A stretch of DNA of 64,000 nucleotides from the human T2T-CHM13v2.0 reference genome, Homo sapiens, in the NCBI RefSeq assembly GCF_009914755.1, contig NC_060938.1. The stretch is one strand, 5' to 3'. The notes under the pieces were generated by a model. It saw only the letters and a program-made list of their open reading frames with translations, ran no database searches and was not told the origin of the DNA. This document shows, piece by piece, positions 12,644 through 26,994 of the stretch. How positions within the stretch are numbered: position 1 is the stretch's first letter; the number at the start of each line of letters is the position of its first letter. The position numbers and the translations under genes were made by a program.

Positions 12644-13428
12644 GACACCACCATTCAGAACACAAAAAGCTACAGAAGGTCCAGGCTACTGAAAAGCATC
12701 AAGACCAAGCTGTTGTAAGTCAAACTGCTTTTATGATTGCATTCTTTGATGAAGACAATCCCAGAAAAAGAAGGTCATATTCTTTAACTCAAAGTGCGGG
12801 AATCTTGTGTCAGGGAACTACATATTCAACACCACATACAAAACTTGAGAAAGCAAAGTCTTCAACAGCAGATGCCAAAGTGGTTTCTTTGTCTTTACAG
12901 ACTAGCTCTGTGCATCACAGAGTGGGGCATGGTGTTCCACATGGGAAACTGTTAAAACAGAAATCAGAGGAGCCATCGGTGTCAATACCCTTCCTACAAA
13001 CTGCATTATTAAGAGGTTCAGGGAGTCTTGGGCACAGACCAAGCCAGGAGATGGATAAAATGTTAAAAAATCAAGCAACTTCTGCTACTTCTGAAAAGGA
13101 TAATGATGATGACCAAAGTGACAAGGGTACTTATACCATTGAGTTAGAGAATCCCAACAGTGAGGAAGTGGAAGCAAGAAAAATGATTCACAAGGTAAAT
13201 AATTGAAATTTGAGTGTGATCTTAGTTGTTGTGTGGTGTATTTGACTGGTGGAAATTATTGGAGAGTCAGCATGAGATGTTGTCATGCAGTCAGTGGTAT
13301 GTGAATTTTAGGGTTTTATTAGGGAACTGCAAGATTAACAGTAAGACCAACATGCTTTGTGATTTTATTTGCTGATATTCTGAATTTACCTGAGTTTCAT
13401 ACATAAAGCTCTGTACATTTAAAAGGTT
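12643..13428 (+). pseudogene. CEP170: 3'-transduced unspliced genomic fragment of CEP170: partial exon 12643-12714, intron 12715-12900, exon 12901-13194, intron 13195-13428
   Basis: Translates [24 protein letters not shown]|GTAAGT..tttacAG|[69 protein letters not shown]|GTAAAT, matching recalled human CEP170 with a few substitutions. Confidence 0.9.
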
Positions 13429-13445
13429 AAAAAAAAAAAAAAAAA
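13402..13445 (+). terminator. Variant poly(A) signal CATAAA (13402-13407) and second poly(A) tail (13429-13445)
   Basis: The hexamer ends 21 nt before a 17-A run that directly precedes the 3' TSD. Confidence 0.7.
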
Positions 13446-13459
13446 GAAACTAGGTTTTC
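13446..13459 (+). repeat. 3' target-site duplication GAAACTAGGTTTTC
   Basis: Identical to 11945-11958. Confidence 0.95.
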
Positions 13460-14811
13460 AAGTTGGTAATGGTTTCAGACTGTCTATGTAAAGCATAAGT
13501 AGCATGATTTGAAGTGATTCATTCAAAAAATGTATAAAATCAGAGTAATAGAAGCTAAATTACTCAAATCTTGCTCAGATATAAAATTTTTTTTCAGCTT
13601 TCATAGGAATCTGCCCTTCGATTAGTGAGAAAATACGGTCTTCTGTTGAAGCAGAGAATTTGACAGTCATGACATTATATTGTGAACCTTTAAGTTTTAC
13701 TGCTTTATTTTCTGTAAATTACTACATTTCTATAGTAATTTCGCAGTGTAAATGCTGAATGAATGTGATTAGCTATATTTGCAGGCTTAGAGCATCTGTG
13801 AATACTTCCTGGTTTTTGGTTAGTTGTGTTTATTCCTAGTTCTATGTCCTATTGAATTGGACTTTGCTTATTTAAAGAAAAGTCTATAAAGCTACAGGCA
13901 AGAAAAGTTGGAATTTCTTCCTTGGGGAAATCTCAAATGTAGAGTTTTAAGTAAATATTAAGGTTCAAAATGGGCAATATAATGAGCACATTTGAGGAAT
14001 TTGTAAGTATTTATGTAACACTTCATGTTTACAAAATGTTTTACAGCCATATTCATTAATTTACATAAGTCCCTTGGAAGGTAACAATGTTATTACATGT
14101 GTTTTATTAAGCAAGACAGGTAAAATTTAGGCAAATTAAGTGGCAGAAAGGAAGAGACATTAAAACATTTATTCTGTGACTTGCGCCTATATCATAGAGC
14201 GTGCTCCTGCATTAGGGAAATAAAGAAATAAAATGCTTCTCTTTTGTTATAGACTTGATCATGGTGCCTATTTGGGTAATTGTTTATATATATTCATATA
14301 GTTTTATATATTTTTTATTTTTTGATTATGAGACACAAAGGCCTTCCAACACAAATTTCAATGTATGAAATATCTCAACTTAATAGCTGAAGGATAAGAT
14401 CCTGGGTTATAAATTCTCCATTAAATGTTGCAGTTATCATGATCAACAGATTGGTGAATATGTCTGGTGGCTGCTCAGTATTGGTCTAGATAGAATATAC
14501 TATGGGACCAAAAAAGATATGACCGTGGAGAGCTCACTTTGGTGGCCACACACTGCCTGCAGGCTGCTTGTTCTCTGCCACTCTGTTTTTTGGGAGGACT
14601 TTCCTTTCCCTCTCATAGAATAGCAAATTTCTGCTAAAAAGTAATAAATTTGCTCAAAATATCAAAAAGGTACGATTAGAATATCTTCCATAGTAAAAGA
14701 GATTAAAAATAACCTAGACTCTTGCATTAGAAAGCAGAGGGAGACATGACAAATTATTGCATTCAATTAACTTTTCTTTTACTTACTGAGTGCCCAGAAA
14801 TTGCTTTAACA

Positions 14812-15190
14812 CCCTGAGGTGTGACCATAAGGTAATGAGGAGTGATTTTTAAAAATAAATATACCATAAGGTACACTGTTTAAATGAGTGCTATTCTTCA
14901 ATGTAGCCACTCTTTACACTAATCCAACGATGCTGTCATTGCAAGAAATATTTTTAGAACTTGTCCTTTCGAATTGCCGTTAGAAGCCATTTATGGACTA
15001 TAGAAGAAAACAGTCTCACATTGACTTAAAGTCGCACTACATTTTTTAAATCAACCCCTCCCCTGCAAAGAAATTTATTACCCAAATAGATTACTGACCT
15101 TTTCACTAACCTTTGTTCTGCATTTTTTTCTTTTCAAAATCAGTTCTATAATTTAAAAAATAACAATTTGCCATCAACAAGGATATTTAT
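14812..15190. mobile_element. Possible ancient mariner-type (MARNA-like) remnant
   Basis: gaggtgtgaccataaggtaatgaggagtgatttt..ctattcttcaatgtagccac..ctaatccaacgatgct resembles the recalled consensus; heavily diverged. Confidence 0.4.
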
Positions 15191-15494
15191 TTCCTTTTTA
15201 TTTTGAAAAGAGTTATTAAAAAATCTATATCAGAAAACAGTAGACAAAATAGTAGTTTCCATATATCCTTCACCCAGTTCCCTCTAATGTTAACATCTAA
15301 TATAAGTATAGTACAGTTACCAAAATCAGGAAATTAACACCAATAAAATACTATTTGGTAATCAGTAGACATCATTTAAATTTCTCCAATTTTCCCCACT
15401 AATATCCTTTTTCTGCTTCAGGATCTAATCCAGCATCCCACATTGCATTTAGTTGTCATGACTCCTTATGCTGTTCCAACCTGTGACAGTTCTA
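15190..15494 (-). mobile_element. L1MC-like 3' UTR fragment
   Basis: atatccttcacccag..aatgttaacatc..atagtacagttaccaaaatcaggaaattaac..cccacattgcatttagttgtcatg. Confidence 0.75.
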
Positions 15495-16039
15495 ATGAGG
15501 ACATTTAAAGGAAGTGTGCCCCTCGCCCACCAAAAGGAAGAAAGAGCCATAGACTCTGAATGTAATTCCAAAAATATCTTTGTCTCTGTAGCTGTCTTGT
15601 CAACTATGTCTTTTATTTATTGGATTTTTTGTAACCTGTGTACCAAATTTATGCAGATTGCAGCAATAAGAAGAAGGGTAAGATGTGCTTGGGCACAAAG
15701 GAGTTGTGAGGACAACACATCTGTCCATAGCCATTGTGCAGGTGTATTTTGAGCTCTGCGGATTTTTTTATAATGCTTTCACATTTGGTTCAAAATATTT
15801 TAAAATCTTCATTATGATTTCTCATTTGATTTGATCCTCATTTATAATAGCTCGTGTGTGTGTTGTGTGCATGTGTATGTGTGTGCACATGTGTGTGTGT
15901 GTGTTCATTCATTTCAGGAACTTTATCTGTTAAAATTCTTTGAGGCCAGTGTTTAAAGTATGTTCTTCAAGGGAAGATTCCTATTTGCTCCCATCAGATG
16001 CTTGTGAACACTTCAAATGCAGGGGAACCGCCAAACAAG

Positions 16040-16329
16040 TTCTTTTTTTTTTTATTGAGACAAAGTCTCACTCTGTCACCCAGGCTGGAGTGCAGTTGTG
16101 CGATCATGGCTCACTGCAGCCTCGACCTCCCTGGCCTCAGGTAATGCTCCCACCTCAGTCTCCCCACGTACAGGCACGTGCCACTCACTAATTTTTCTAA
16201 TTTTTTTTTGTAGAGACAGGGTGTCACCATGTTGTCCATGTAGCTGAGACTATAGGCACGTGCCACCGTACTCAACTAATTTTTCCGATTTTTTTGTAGA
16301 GACAGGGTCTCACCATGTTGTCCAGGCTG
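16040..16329 (-). mobile_element. Rearranged AluJ-like element with an internal duplication, lacking the 5' part of the left arm
   Basis: T-tail, then tgagacaaagtctcactctgtcacccaggctggagtgcag; segment 16172-16238 recurs at 16254-16324. Confidence 0.8.
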
Positions 16330-16350
16330 CAGTTCTTGATGTTAATTTCT

Positions 16351-17505
<1,155 letters not shown>

Positions 17506-17551
17506 TCACATTAGGCAGGTTTTAGATAGAAATTCTCATTAGGGCAGAGAT

Positions 17552-17635
17552 CTTTGTTACCCAGTGCCTGGAAAGGTGCCTAACAAAAACTGGCCCTCAA
17601 TACATATTCATTGAATGAAAAAATGAATGAATGGG
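17552..17635 (+). mobile_element. L2 3' end
   Basis: ccagtgcctgg..gtgcctaaca..ctcaatacatattcattgaatgaa..tgaatgaatg. Confidence 0.65.
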
Positions 17636-18679
17636 GAAGACCCTTGTCCCCTGCCTTTTTTTTCCTGATATATTCAGAACCACATCTGAGAAGGACAGGT
17701 CTTCTGCTTCAAGGTGGGTTTTTTTTTCTTAGTTTGCCAACTGAGGGTGTCACCCTTTGGGAGCCTGGAAGTCTCAACTTTAAGTAAGGGTCCTCATTTA
17801 ATCTCTTGTCCTGCTTGGGCCCGGGCTCTGTCTGCTATCCTCCCAACTCTCTTGCCATGTGCCCATTTAGAACCCAGGCTCTAGTTCATTAAGGATTGGC
17901 AACTGCTCTCAGGAAAGAATCCTCCCAAGTTTTTTTCCTTCTGAGAAATGTTATTTTTTTCAGTTGTTTCTGGCTTACATTTATTTCTGTTACTCTCTGG
18001 CTGAACCATGCTTAAAAAGACATATTTTATATTTTAGGTGTGATGTACTAGTCTTCTGTCATATTGCTAGGAGTGTGATTCTCTGTAACAATTTCTTTAG
18101 AGAAGGTATAATGTAAAGTAAAAATTAATATGGAGGAATGGGTTATAGGGAAGTTAGTGTCCCTGAGATCATGAAATTATCTCTTTACGCACTGGAAGTT
18201 ATTTTTTTCTCTCGTGTTTCAAGTTAGAACTTTTTATTATGTCATAGATTAATCACACTGCTGTCACTTATTGAGTGACTCTTGTGCATCAGGCATTTTA
18301 CATATATTATTTCTAATCATCATAAAAGCTTTGCAACCAGACTTAGCAGCTTTATTGCAAAAGTGAAGAACCTGAAAGCCAGAGCATTTATGAAACTTTT
18401 CCAATTATTCCAGGCAGTGAGAAATTGTAGTAGACATGTTTTATGGCACCTGCTTGCCATGCTTCTAAGAGGCGTTATTCCTCCTTGTTGAGGAGTAACA
18501 GCCCTGGTTTGTACCATATGACCCCATCCCCATCTTCTAGTCAAGTGATCTAAGGATCCACAATCCTTAGCTTGGTAAGTGCCCTCTTGCTAACCTAAAA
18601 ACGAAAAAGTCAACAGCTTGCTTTATAGGGAATTCCAGAAGCATTTCCATAAACTTATTAAGCCAATGATCACCCTTAT

Positions 18680-20225
18680 TCCTACTATCATTTAGTATTG
18701 TTATAGTAGCACTAGACAAAGGAGTCTTACAAGAAAAAGAAATTAGAAATAAAAAAAACTAGAAAGGAGGCATATTAACTATACCTTCTAAGTAATATGA
18801 TTGTATATTTGGAAAAACCAAGTGATTCAACTAAAAAATTTACAAAAATAAAAGAATTCATAATGACAGATTCTGAGAAAGAAGAACATTGCGGTGGGAC
18901 TAGACCAATTTTTGTAAAATGTATTAAGCTACAATAACTTAAAGACTGTGGTGCTGGTATAGATAGTTAAATGGAAAAAAATGGGACATCCAAAAATAAA
19001 TGTGGAAGGAGTATAAGATATATATACATATCTTATATATATATATTTCACATAAGATAATGTTGGCATTGCATATCACAATAAACACTGGAGCATTCAA
19101 TAAATCTTACCATTAGGCAAAGAAATGGAGTTGAATTTATATCTTAAGCCTTATCCAAAAATAAATCCTTGGGGGCAACAATGATTTAAATGTGAAAAAT
19201 AAAATCAAAAAAGTATTGGAAGAATATCTAAGGTTATTTAAGATAATTTCTACATTAGAAAGTCTTTTCAAGTATAATATAAAGCACAGAAGCCATAAGA
19301 TAACTAACTTTAAATACTAAAAAACAAAGTTTATGCATAACAAGAAAATCCATTGTAAGCAAAGTCAAATGACAAATGAAAATCTGGAGAAGATATTTCA
19401 CATGTATCACAAACCAAGACTATTTTCCCTATTGAATAGAGAGCATCTACAAATAAACAAGAAAGCAATGACCAGCGATGGGTAAAGGATAAGGACAGAT
19501 CACAGAAAAGTAAGCACAAGTGCTTTTAAAATTTAAGAAAAAGATATCAGACTTCCCTCCTGATGAAAATTAAATGGAAAACATGATATATCATATTATT
19601 GAAGATAAAGAAGCTTGATCAAAACTGGCTATAAAGGGTTTGAGAAAGCAGTTGGTTTTATACTTTTTGGTGGAATGATAAATTGTTAGATACAACTTCT
19701 GTGAAGGCCAATCTATAAAAAAAACTTAAATGCATGTATCCTTTGACTAAGCAATTCCACTTAAGGAATTTTCCTACATTTGTGTTTTTCATTTGAGCAA
19801 AATGACTGACATAAGTATAGTTATTGCATCAATACTTATAATAGCAGAGGACTGGAAACAACTTAATTGTCATCAATAGGAGACTGAATCAGTATATTAT
19901 GGTACTCCATGGAATATACTGTGCAACTTGTTAAAAGAATGAAGAAGTTCTGCAGTGGTAATGGAACAAAATCCAAGATGCATTATTAAATAAAGCAAAA
20001 TGAGAACAGTATGTCTAACATGCTCTCCTTTGTATAAAACAAACACACACACACACACACACAGACACACACACACAAATGCATAGCTTATCTTTGTTGT
20101 AAGGTTGTTTCCAGGGGGGGGTTTTGCTGTGTGAGAAACAGGAAAAAGAGACTTTCTTTTCAGTGCAAATCCTTTTATGTTTTATCATTTTCAGGCTTTG
20201 CCTGTTCCATAAAAATAAAATTAAC
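18680..20225 (+). mobile_element. Ancient L1ME-like ORF2/3' UTR with embedded (CA)n at ~20043-20077
   Basis: A-rich decayed ORF2 (atatgattgtatatttggaaaaacc, ctttgactaagcaattccactt, ggaaacaacttaattgtcatcaatagg). Confidence 0.75.
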
Positions 20226-20247
20226 CATATAAATGTCAGGAATGATC

Positions 20248-20573
20248 TTTTCTTTTCTTTTTTTCTTTCTTTCTTTTTTTTTTTTTTTTTTTGAGACAGA
20301 GCTGTCTCCTCCAGACTGGAGTGCAGTGGCATGATCATGGCTTACTCCAGCCTCAACCTCTCAGGCTCACATGATCCTCCCACCTCAGCCTCCTGAGTAG
20401 CTGGGATCATAGGCGTGTACCACCATATCTGACTAATTTTCTTCTTGATTTTTAGTACAGTCAGTATCTTATTATGTTGCCCAGGCTGGTCTTGAATTCC
20501 TGGGCTCAAGCAGTCTTCCCACCTTGGCCTCCCAAAGTGTTGAGATCGCAGGCATGAGCTACCATACCTGGAC
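20248..20573 (-). mobile_element. AluJ
   Basis: T-rich tail; cagcctcaacctc..gatcctcccacctcagcctcc; cctgggctcaagc (AluJ diagnostics). Confidence 0.9.
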
Positions 20574-20607
20574 AGGAACTTAGTCTTTTAAAAAGTTAGA
20601 TGATATC

Positions 20608-20988
<381 letters not shown>

Positions 20989-21753
20989 TCATTTATCCAT
21001 CTTGGATAAAAAGCCTAGTTGGTCCTGCTATGATTTGACTCTGTGTTTCTTCAGGCTCTAAGTATTCCAAAATGATGCATTAGCTCCCTGGACTCTCTGT
21101 GCATCAGAGACCTAGGATGTGCTATTTAAATCATCTGGCAAATTGATGTGTGGGGGAATGGAACTCTTTCCCCCATTTTTTAAAAAAAATTAAATTTTGT
21201 AATGGTGGCACATTGTATAATAAGCACATATGAAGATTGGAGCTATCATTTTGGAAATGACCTTAAATAGAAGGAGGAAATGATAGACTCATAGTACCAT
21301 CCAACAGTGTGGGTTCAGCCTATTTTCCATTCCTACCACAGAGCTGCTGGGTGACTCTGAGTAAGCAGTTTCATCCAATTTTACTGTAAGCCTTTGCATT
21401 CCTAATAGAGGCACAATAGTATTGGTACCTGTCTTATTCAGAGAGTGGCAGATTAAGAAGACTTTGGGTGATTTCTAACTTCTAGCAGCCGTACACACGA
21501 AAAAGTCTGTACAATATAGTGTGTTTTTGTACTCAGATATTTCATGTGATGGCTCTATTTTTTGAAGCCATAGAATAATTCTTCCTTAAGTAAAACAGCA
21601 AACTAGCTCCTTGATGTCACTGAGTTTGTGAATTATTTTCGTTCATTTTGATTAGTACATAGGCCTCACAAGCTATTAAGGAGAAAAAAGAAGACAGGTT
21701 TTCTTATTCTTATTTTAATGATGAGATATATACAGTTGAAAGGAATTATGTAA

Positions 21754-22149
<396 letters not shown>

Positions 22150-24059
22150 TCAGGGAGTCATATGCTTTATGGTGCACTCATGCCAGCAGTAACATTGTTG
22201 AGCTCCATATGAGACACACAGCAAAGTGGTTTAAAAATTGCATAGGGCTGTAGCATTCATTTACACAACATTCAAAACAAAACAATTACTGAATCAAGCA
22301 AGTGGAAATGCAGAATCTAAGGGGGTGAAAAAAGATTGTCTTGTGTTTACTTCTTTTTTAATTCTCTCATTGTCTTCAGTTGATATTCCTCTCAGATGCC
22401 AGATACCTGTCATTGTTGCCAGATGACTGGACTCTGCTGGCTCATCAAGGGGCTGTGGCAGTGCTTGTTTCCATGAGAGCTGGAAGAAAAACTGCAATGG
22501 AAAAGCACACGCAGTCGTTCATAAGTAGCTGGCTGTGTAATTCTCAGTGCCCTGTGTTCATCTGAATGTGAACTTAATCTGATATTGCTTAGAACTGGGG
22601 CTTCATCAATGCAAATGACTGTGCTTGCAAGCTGAACTTCAATATTTGTGAGCAGTGGCAGAGCACTTTGGTTAATGTGTACATATTCAGGTTTGTAGAA
22701 AAAAAATCTGTGCAATTTGACTGTGGTCAGTTTAGTTGCCAGGAGAATTGGATATTCCTGGGAAAAGAAAAAAAGTGTCTCACTTCTGGAGCCATTGTAA
22801 CCATGTAGGTATTTAAGAGGTTTTTGTTTTGTTTTGTTTTGTTTTTTCAAAGATAAATCCCTTTTTGGATGATTAGTCAGTTGATCTTAAATATCATGTA
22901 ATTGGCCATGAAAATTGATGGAAGGCTCTGTTCTTAGAACTGTAGCTCCATTGAAACTCATTCTCATGGTGTCATTTAGAAAGCACCAACGTCCCATAGG
23001 ATCACATGAAAACAGAGTCTAAAGGAGTTATCAAAATGATACTTAAGAAGTTGAAGTAAGTCATCCCATATCTGATCTTCATGATGACTATCAACACTTA
23101 TGTTAGATGGGCACTCTCATTAATCCTGGTGTTTTCCCATGATTTCTCTGGTGCTAGATCTGATATGAATAACTTGGTTGCAATAATTATAATAGAAGGG
23201 AGATTGAATTATATACATCTTTGTTTTATAGCTATACCTTTTTTTGTGCTAATAATTTTTTACTGTAGTAACAACAAAAATCATTCTTTTATCAGCTTTT
23301 AAATATTCGTATTCATAATAGCACTTCCCTTAGTTTATGTAGCCTTGTTTCCTGAGCATGTTTGCTGCCTTGATTCTATTGTTGTGCATGCTCTTGTTCT
23401 GGGGGAGCCATTTAGGTTTTGTGTATGCCAAAAAAAAGTCTCATACTCAGCAGTTACAAAATTACTTTCCTTCTTTATGGATTACTTTATATTCAAGTCC
23501 TCCAGTCCTAAGTCGTTGTCAGCAAAGATTGGAAGCAGCAGTCAGAAGTGTTCTACTCCTTTGAATAACTGCATAAAACTATAGCCCCTCACCAAAGAAA
23601 ATGGGTTTTCATGTATGACACGTTGATCAGCATGAGATTGCTGCTGAGCTGGAGAAGAGACTGTGCAGTGACTTACTTGACAGCAGAGGTGCTTTTTACT
23701 TCCTTAGTACTCAAACTGCAGCATCTGTTCCATACCAGAAGTGAGCAGCTTGTTTTCCAATCAAAATGGATTCTTCTGCAATTGTACCTTTTTTGGAAAT
23801 TAGGTACACTTTCTAACATATATGTTTTGAGGCCCTTGAGTATTTGAAACATTTCCTAGTCTACTTTCCCAGACTTAAAAGATATCATGTGTGAAATATG
23901 TGGAATGAGAATCTCAAGGTGTTTGGGTGGATTCGTTCTACGGAGAATATATTTGCTTATTGCAGTTTCTCAATAAAGACTTTAAAGTAGCTGAGGGAAA
24001 ATCTAAAAGCACCTCTTCAGAACTGAAATAATTTATGTCTGCTGGTATACATAGAACCT

Positions 24060-24590
24060 TCCAGAGTATAAGCTAATGAGCCACCTCAGATACCACCTCC
24101 TTTGTGAAACCTTCTCCAGCACCCTTAAAAGAAAGTAGTTATCCTCTGCTCTGCTTTTCCAAAGCACTTTGACCCTCTGTAAAAGGGCTTATCTCATATA
24201 TGTGCCTCAAATTATATTTTTTCATCTCTCTCCCTATTTATCATGGAAATCAGAAAGGAGATTTTGTCTTATTTATTTTTGTATTTCCCAAACTACTCCA
24301 CCCAGACCATTGAATGTAGCTATAGATCAGGCAACAACCCCAACCCACCTGGTTTCCTCCTGAGTGGTCTGTTCACTCCCTGTGCTCTGCTAGGATTATA
24401 TGCTCTTAAAAGCACTATTCACATACTGTTTCAACGATTTGTTTATATAGCTGTCTCTTCTATTAGACTGCAAATTCCATGGGGATAGGACTAAGTCCTC
24501 CATCTGTATTAACCCAGGGCCTAGCATAATGCTGCAACACAGAGTACTCATTAATTTGTATTGAATGAATGTTGGATTTATTCAGTGAAT
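24060..24590 (+). mobile_element. L2 fragments
   Basis: cacctcctttgtgaaaccttct; ctattagactgcaaattccatggggatagg..cccagggcctagcataat..tactcattaatttgtattgaatgaatg. Confidence 0.7.
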
Positions 24591-24683
24591 GGTGGCCTTG
24601 AGTATATGAATGGGAAATATAGGGGCTCATATTCCAGTTAGCGGTACTGTATAGTGATAATTCATAAATAACAATTGTACATT

Positions 24684-24687
<4 letters not shown>

Positions 24688-24748
<61 letters not shown>

Positions 24749-24751
24749 ACA
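24688..24751. repeat. (CA)n microsatellite, ~30 units
   Basis: Read directly; near-perfect. Confidence 0.97.
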
Positions 24752-25499
24752 GTAATGCTTTTTGTCCCTGGAAAACCACAAGTAACAATGAAGTATTCTG
24801 CTTTATTATGTTGATATCATCATGATAGGAAGGATATGTTGCTTATTCACTCTTACTTTAAAACCCAGAGATGGTATTCTGTCATTTCTTAGAAGGTTAA
24901 GTAGAATTGATCTGTTATCAGATAGAATTAAATTTTAGAGTTTTCATTGTATCTCATGATGGAATTGCCTGTTAGTTTGTGTCCCCTAGGAATGTAAGTT
25001 CCCTGTGAGTAGGTGCTATACCTTCTATGCTGAGGTTCCTAGCATAGGGCTTGGAGAGCATGGTAGATGATCAACAAATATCTATTGAATGGAACATAAA
25101 AATGAATGTATGATACAATTAGAAAAACCCATAAAAATTCGTTAGCTTTAAAGTGAAAATTCTTTTTACCGCTTGGGAAGTATCACTGGGACCAAATGGC
25201 TTTTAAGAGAAATGTAGAAACCTTCTGAACATGGCAGTATTTAGAAGCTGGAATATGAGTTTGGTTTTGATTGTTCCAAGTTCTTCCTTTGGAAGATCAA
25301 ACTTCATTCCTTTAGAAGCTTAATCCTTTTTGTGTCTCTATCTTTAGCTTAGATTCTCACCCAGAGAAATAGACCTTCAATAAAGTTAATGTGAAGAGAA
25401 GTCAATTAGATCGCAAGAGGAGTTTCTTTGCAATCAAATTACCTGGAATTTTCAGGTCAAACCTGACAGAGTGTAGGTTTCATTAAAAAGGGGCTTATA

Positions 25500-25874
<375 letters not shown>

Positions 25875-26817
25875 TTAGCATTCATAATTTTAATTTAAAC
25901 TCTCAAGCTAGTTTTGGTAGCTCTCTATTTTAAAAGAGTTAACATGTAGTTTTTCATTGAAATTAATTTTTCTTTACTCTGAAAGGTAATTTCCTAGAGA
26001 TGAGAAGGTATCTAGCCTTTTTCTCTTCTTAGGAGACACAAACTAAGCCAGTTGCAGTATCATTTACTACTTTGTATCTTGCTCTTTTTTGTCATCAAGG
26101 GCACTGGTCTTGCTTCTGGAAGAATTCACTGTGAATGAGAAAGCCACAGAAGGATTTAGCTGTAGGAGATCCTTTGCTTAGAGGCTTTTATTTTATAGAT
26201 GAGGAGATCGGCTCTGAGATGTTAACTTATTTGTTTAAGGTTACACAGCAAGTCCATAGTAGAGCCTAAACTAGAACCTAGGTCTCTTGGCTGCTTGTTC
26301 AAGCCTCTTTCTACTATACCTTACGAGTTTTCTTTGTATACTGAGGTAGGATGCTCACTTCCAGGCAAACACTGATTGCTGAAACTGAGAAACTGAGAAC
26401 TCTATGAGTTTAGAGTTTGGGGTGACAACACAGCTAAAACTTAAAGACTTACACATGTCACATTATTCTTTAACTAGAGAATAATTTAGTTTAACATCAA
26501 TTTGGTAGTTTAACTACAACTGCTACATTGTACCTAGTGTCTGGTTCAGTGTAGATACCACAGGGCAACAGCAGTGAGGTGCCTGTCACTTAAAAGGGGA
26601 AATTAGATTTTCCCCTAAACTAGAAATCGATAAGCACAGGGTCACAGTGGAAATTTACACAATTTTCTTAAATACTATGATCTTGAAAGAATAAAAGACT
26701 TGACTGCAAAACTAAATAGCAGATATTAGTCAGAAAAGATGTTGGTCATCTATAGAAGCATGGACAAGATCAAATCGCAAGGTAAAGGTTGCCTGTGCCT
26801 ACAAGCAGAGTGTACTC

Positions 26818-26987
26818 CAGTGGTTCTCAAACTTTAGTATATACTTTAGAATTAACTGGAGGCCTTGTTAAAGTACCAATTCCTAGGCCCTATCCCCAGA
26901 TGCTTATGGCCCAAGAATTTGCATTTCTAACAGGTTCCTAGATGATAGTGATGCTGGTTGGGGAACAACATTTTGAGGATCATTGGT
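26818..26987. mobile_element. MER5A (hAT-Charlie MITE)
   Basis: cagtggttctcaaactt..gcccaagaatttgcatttctaacaggttcc..tttgaggatcattg terminal inverted repeats. Confidence 0.8.
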
Positions 26988-26994
26988 CTATAGG

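Noticed and set aside
12733-13206. 157-aa ORF as a functional standalone gene or as the true CEP170 locus
   Set aside because: It is enclosed by L1, poly(A) and TSDs, begins inside an intron-like segment, and no other CEP170 exons occur in 64 kb
23081-23163. Box C/D snoRNA-like ATGATGA..CTGA spacing
   Set aside because: Weak terminal stem, no clear C'/D' boxes, no recognisable rRNA guide
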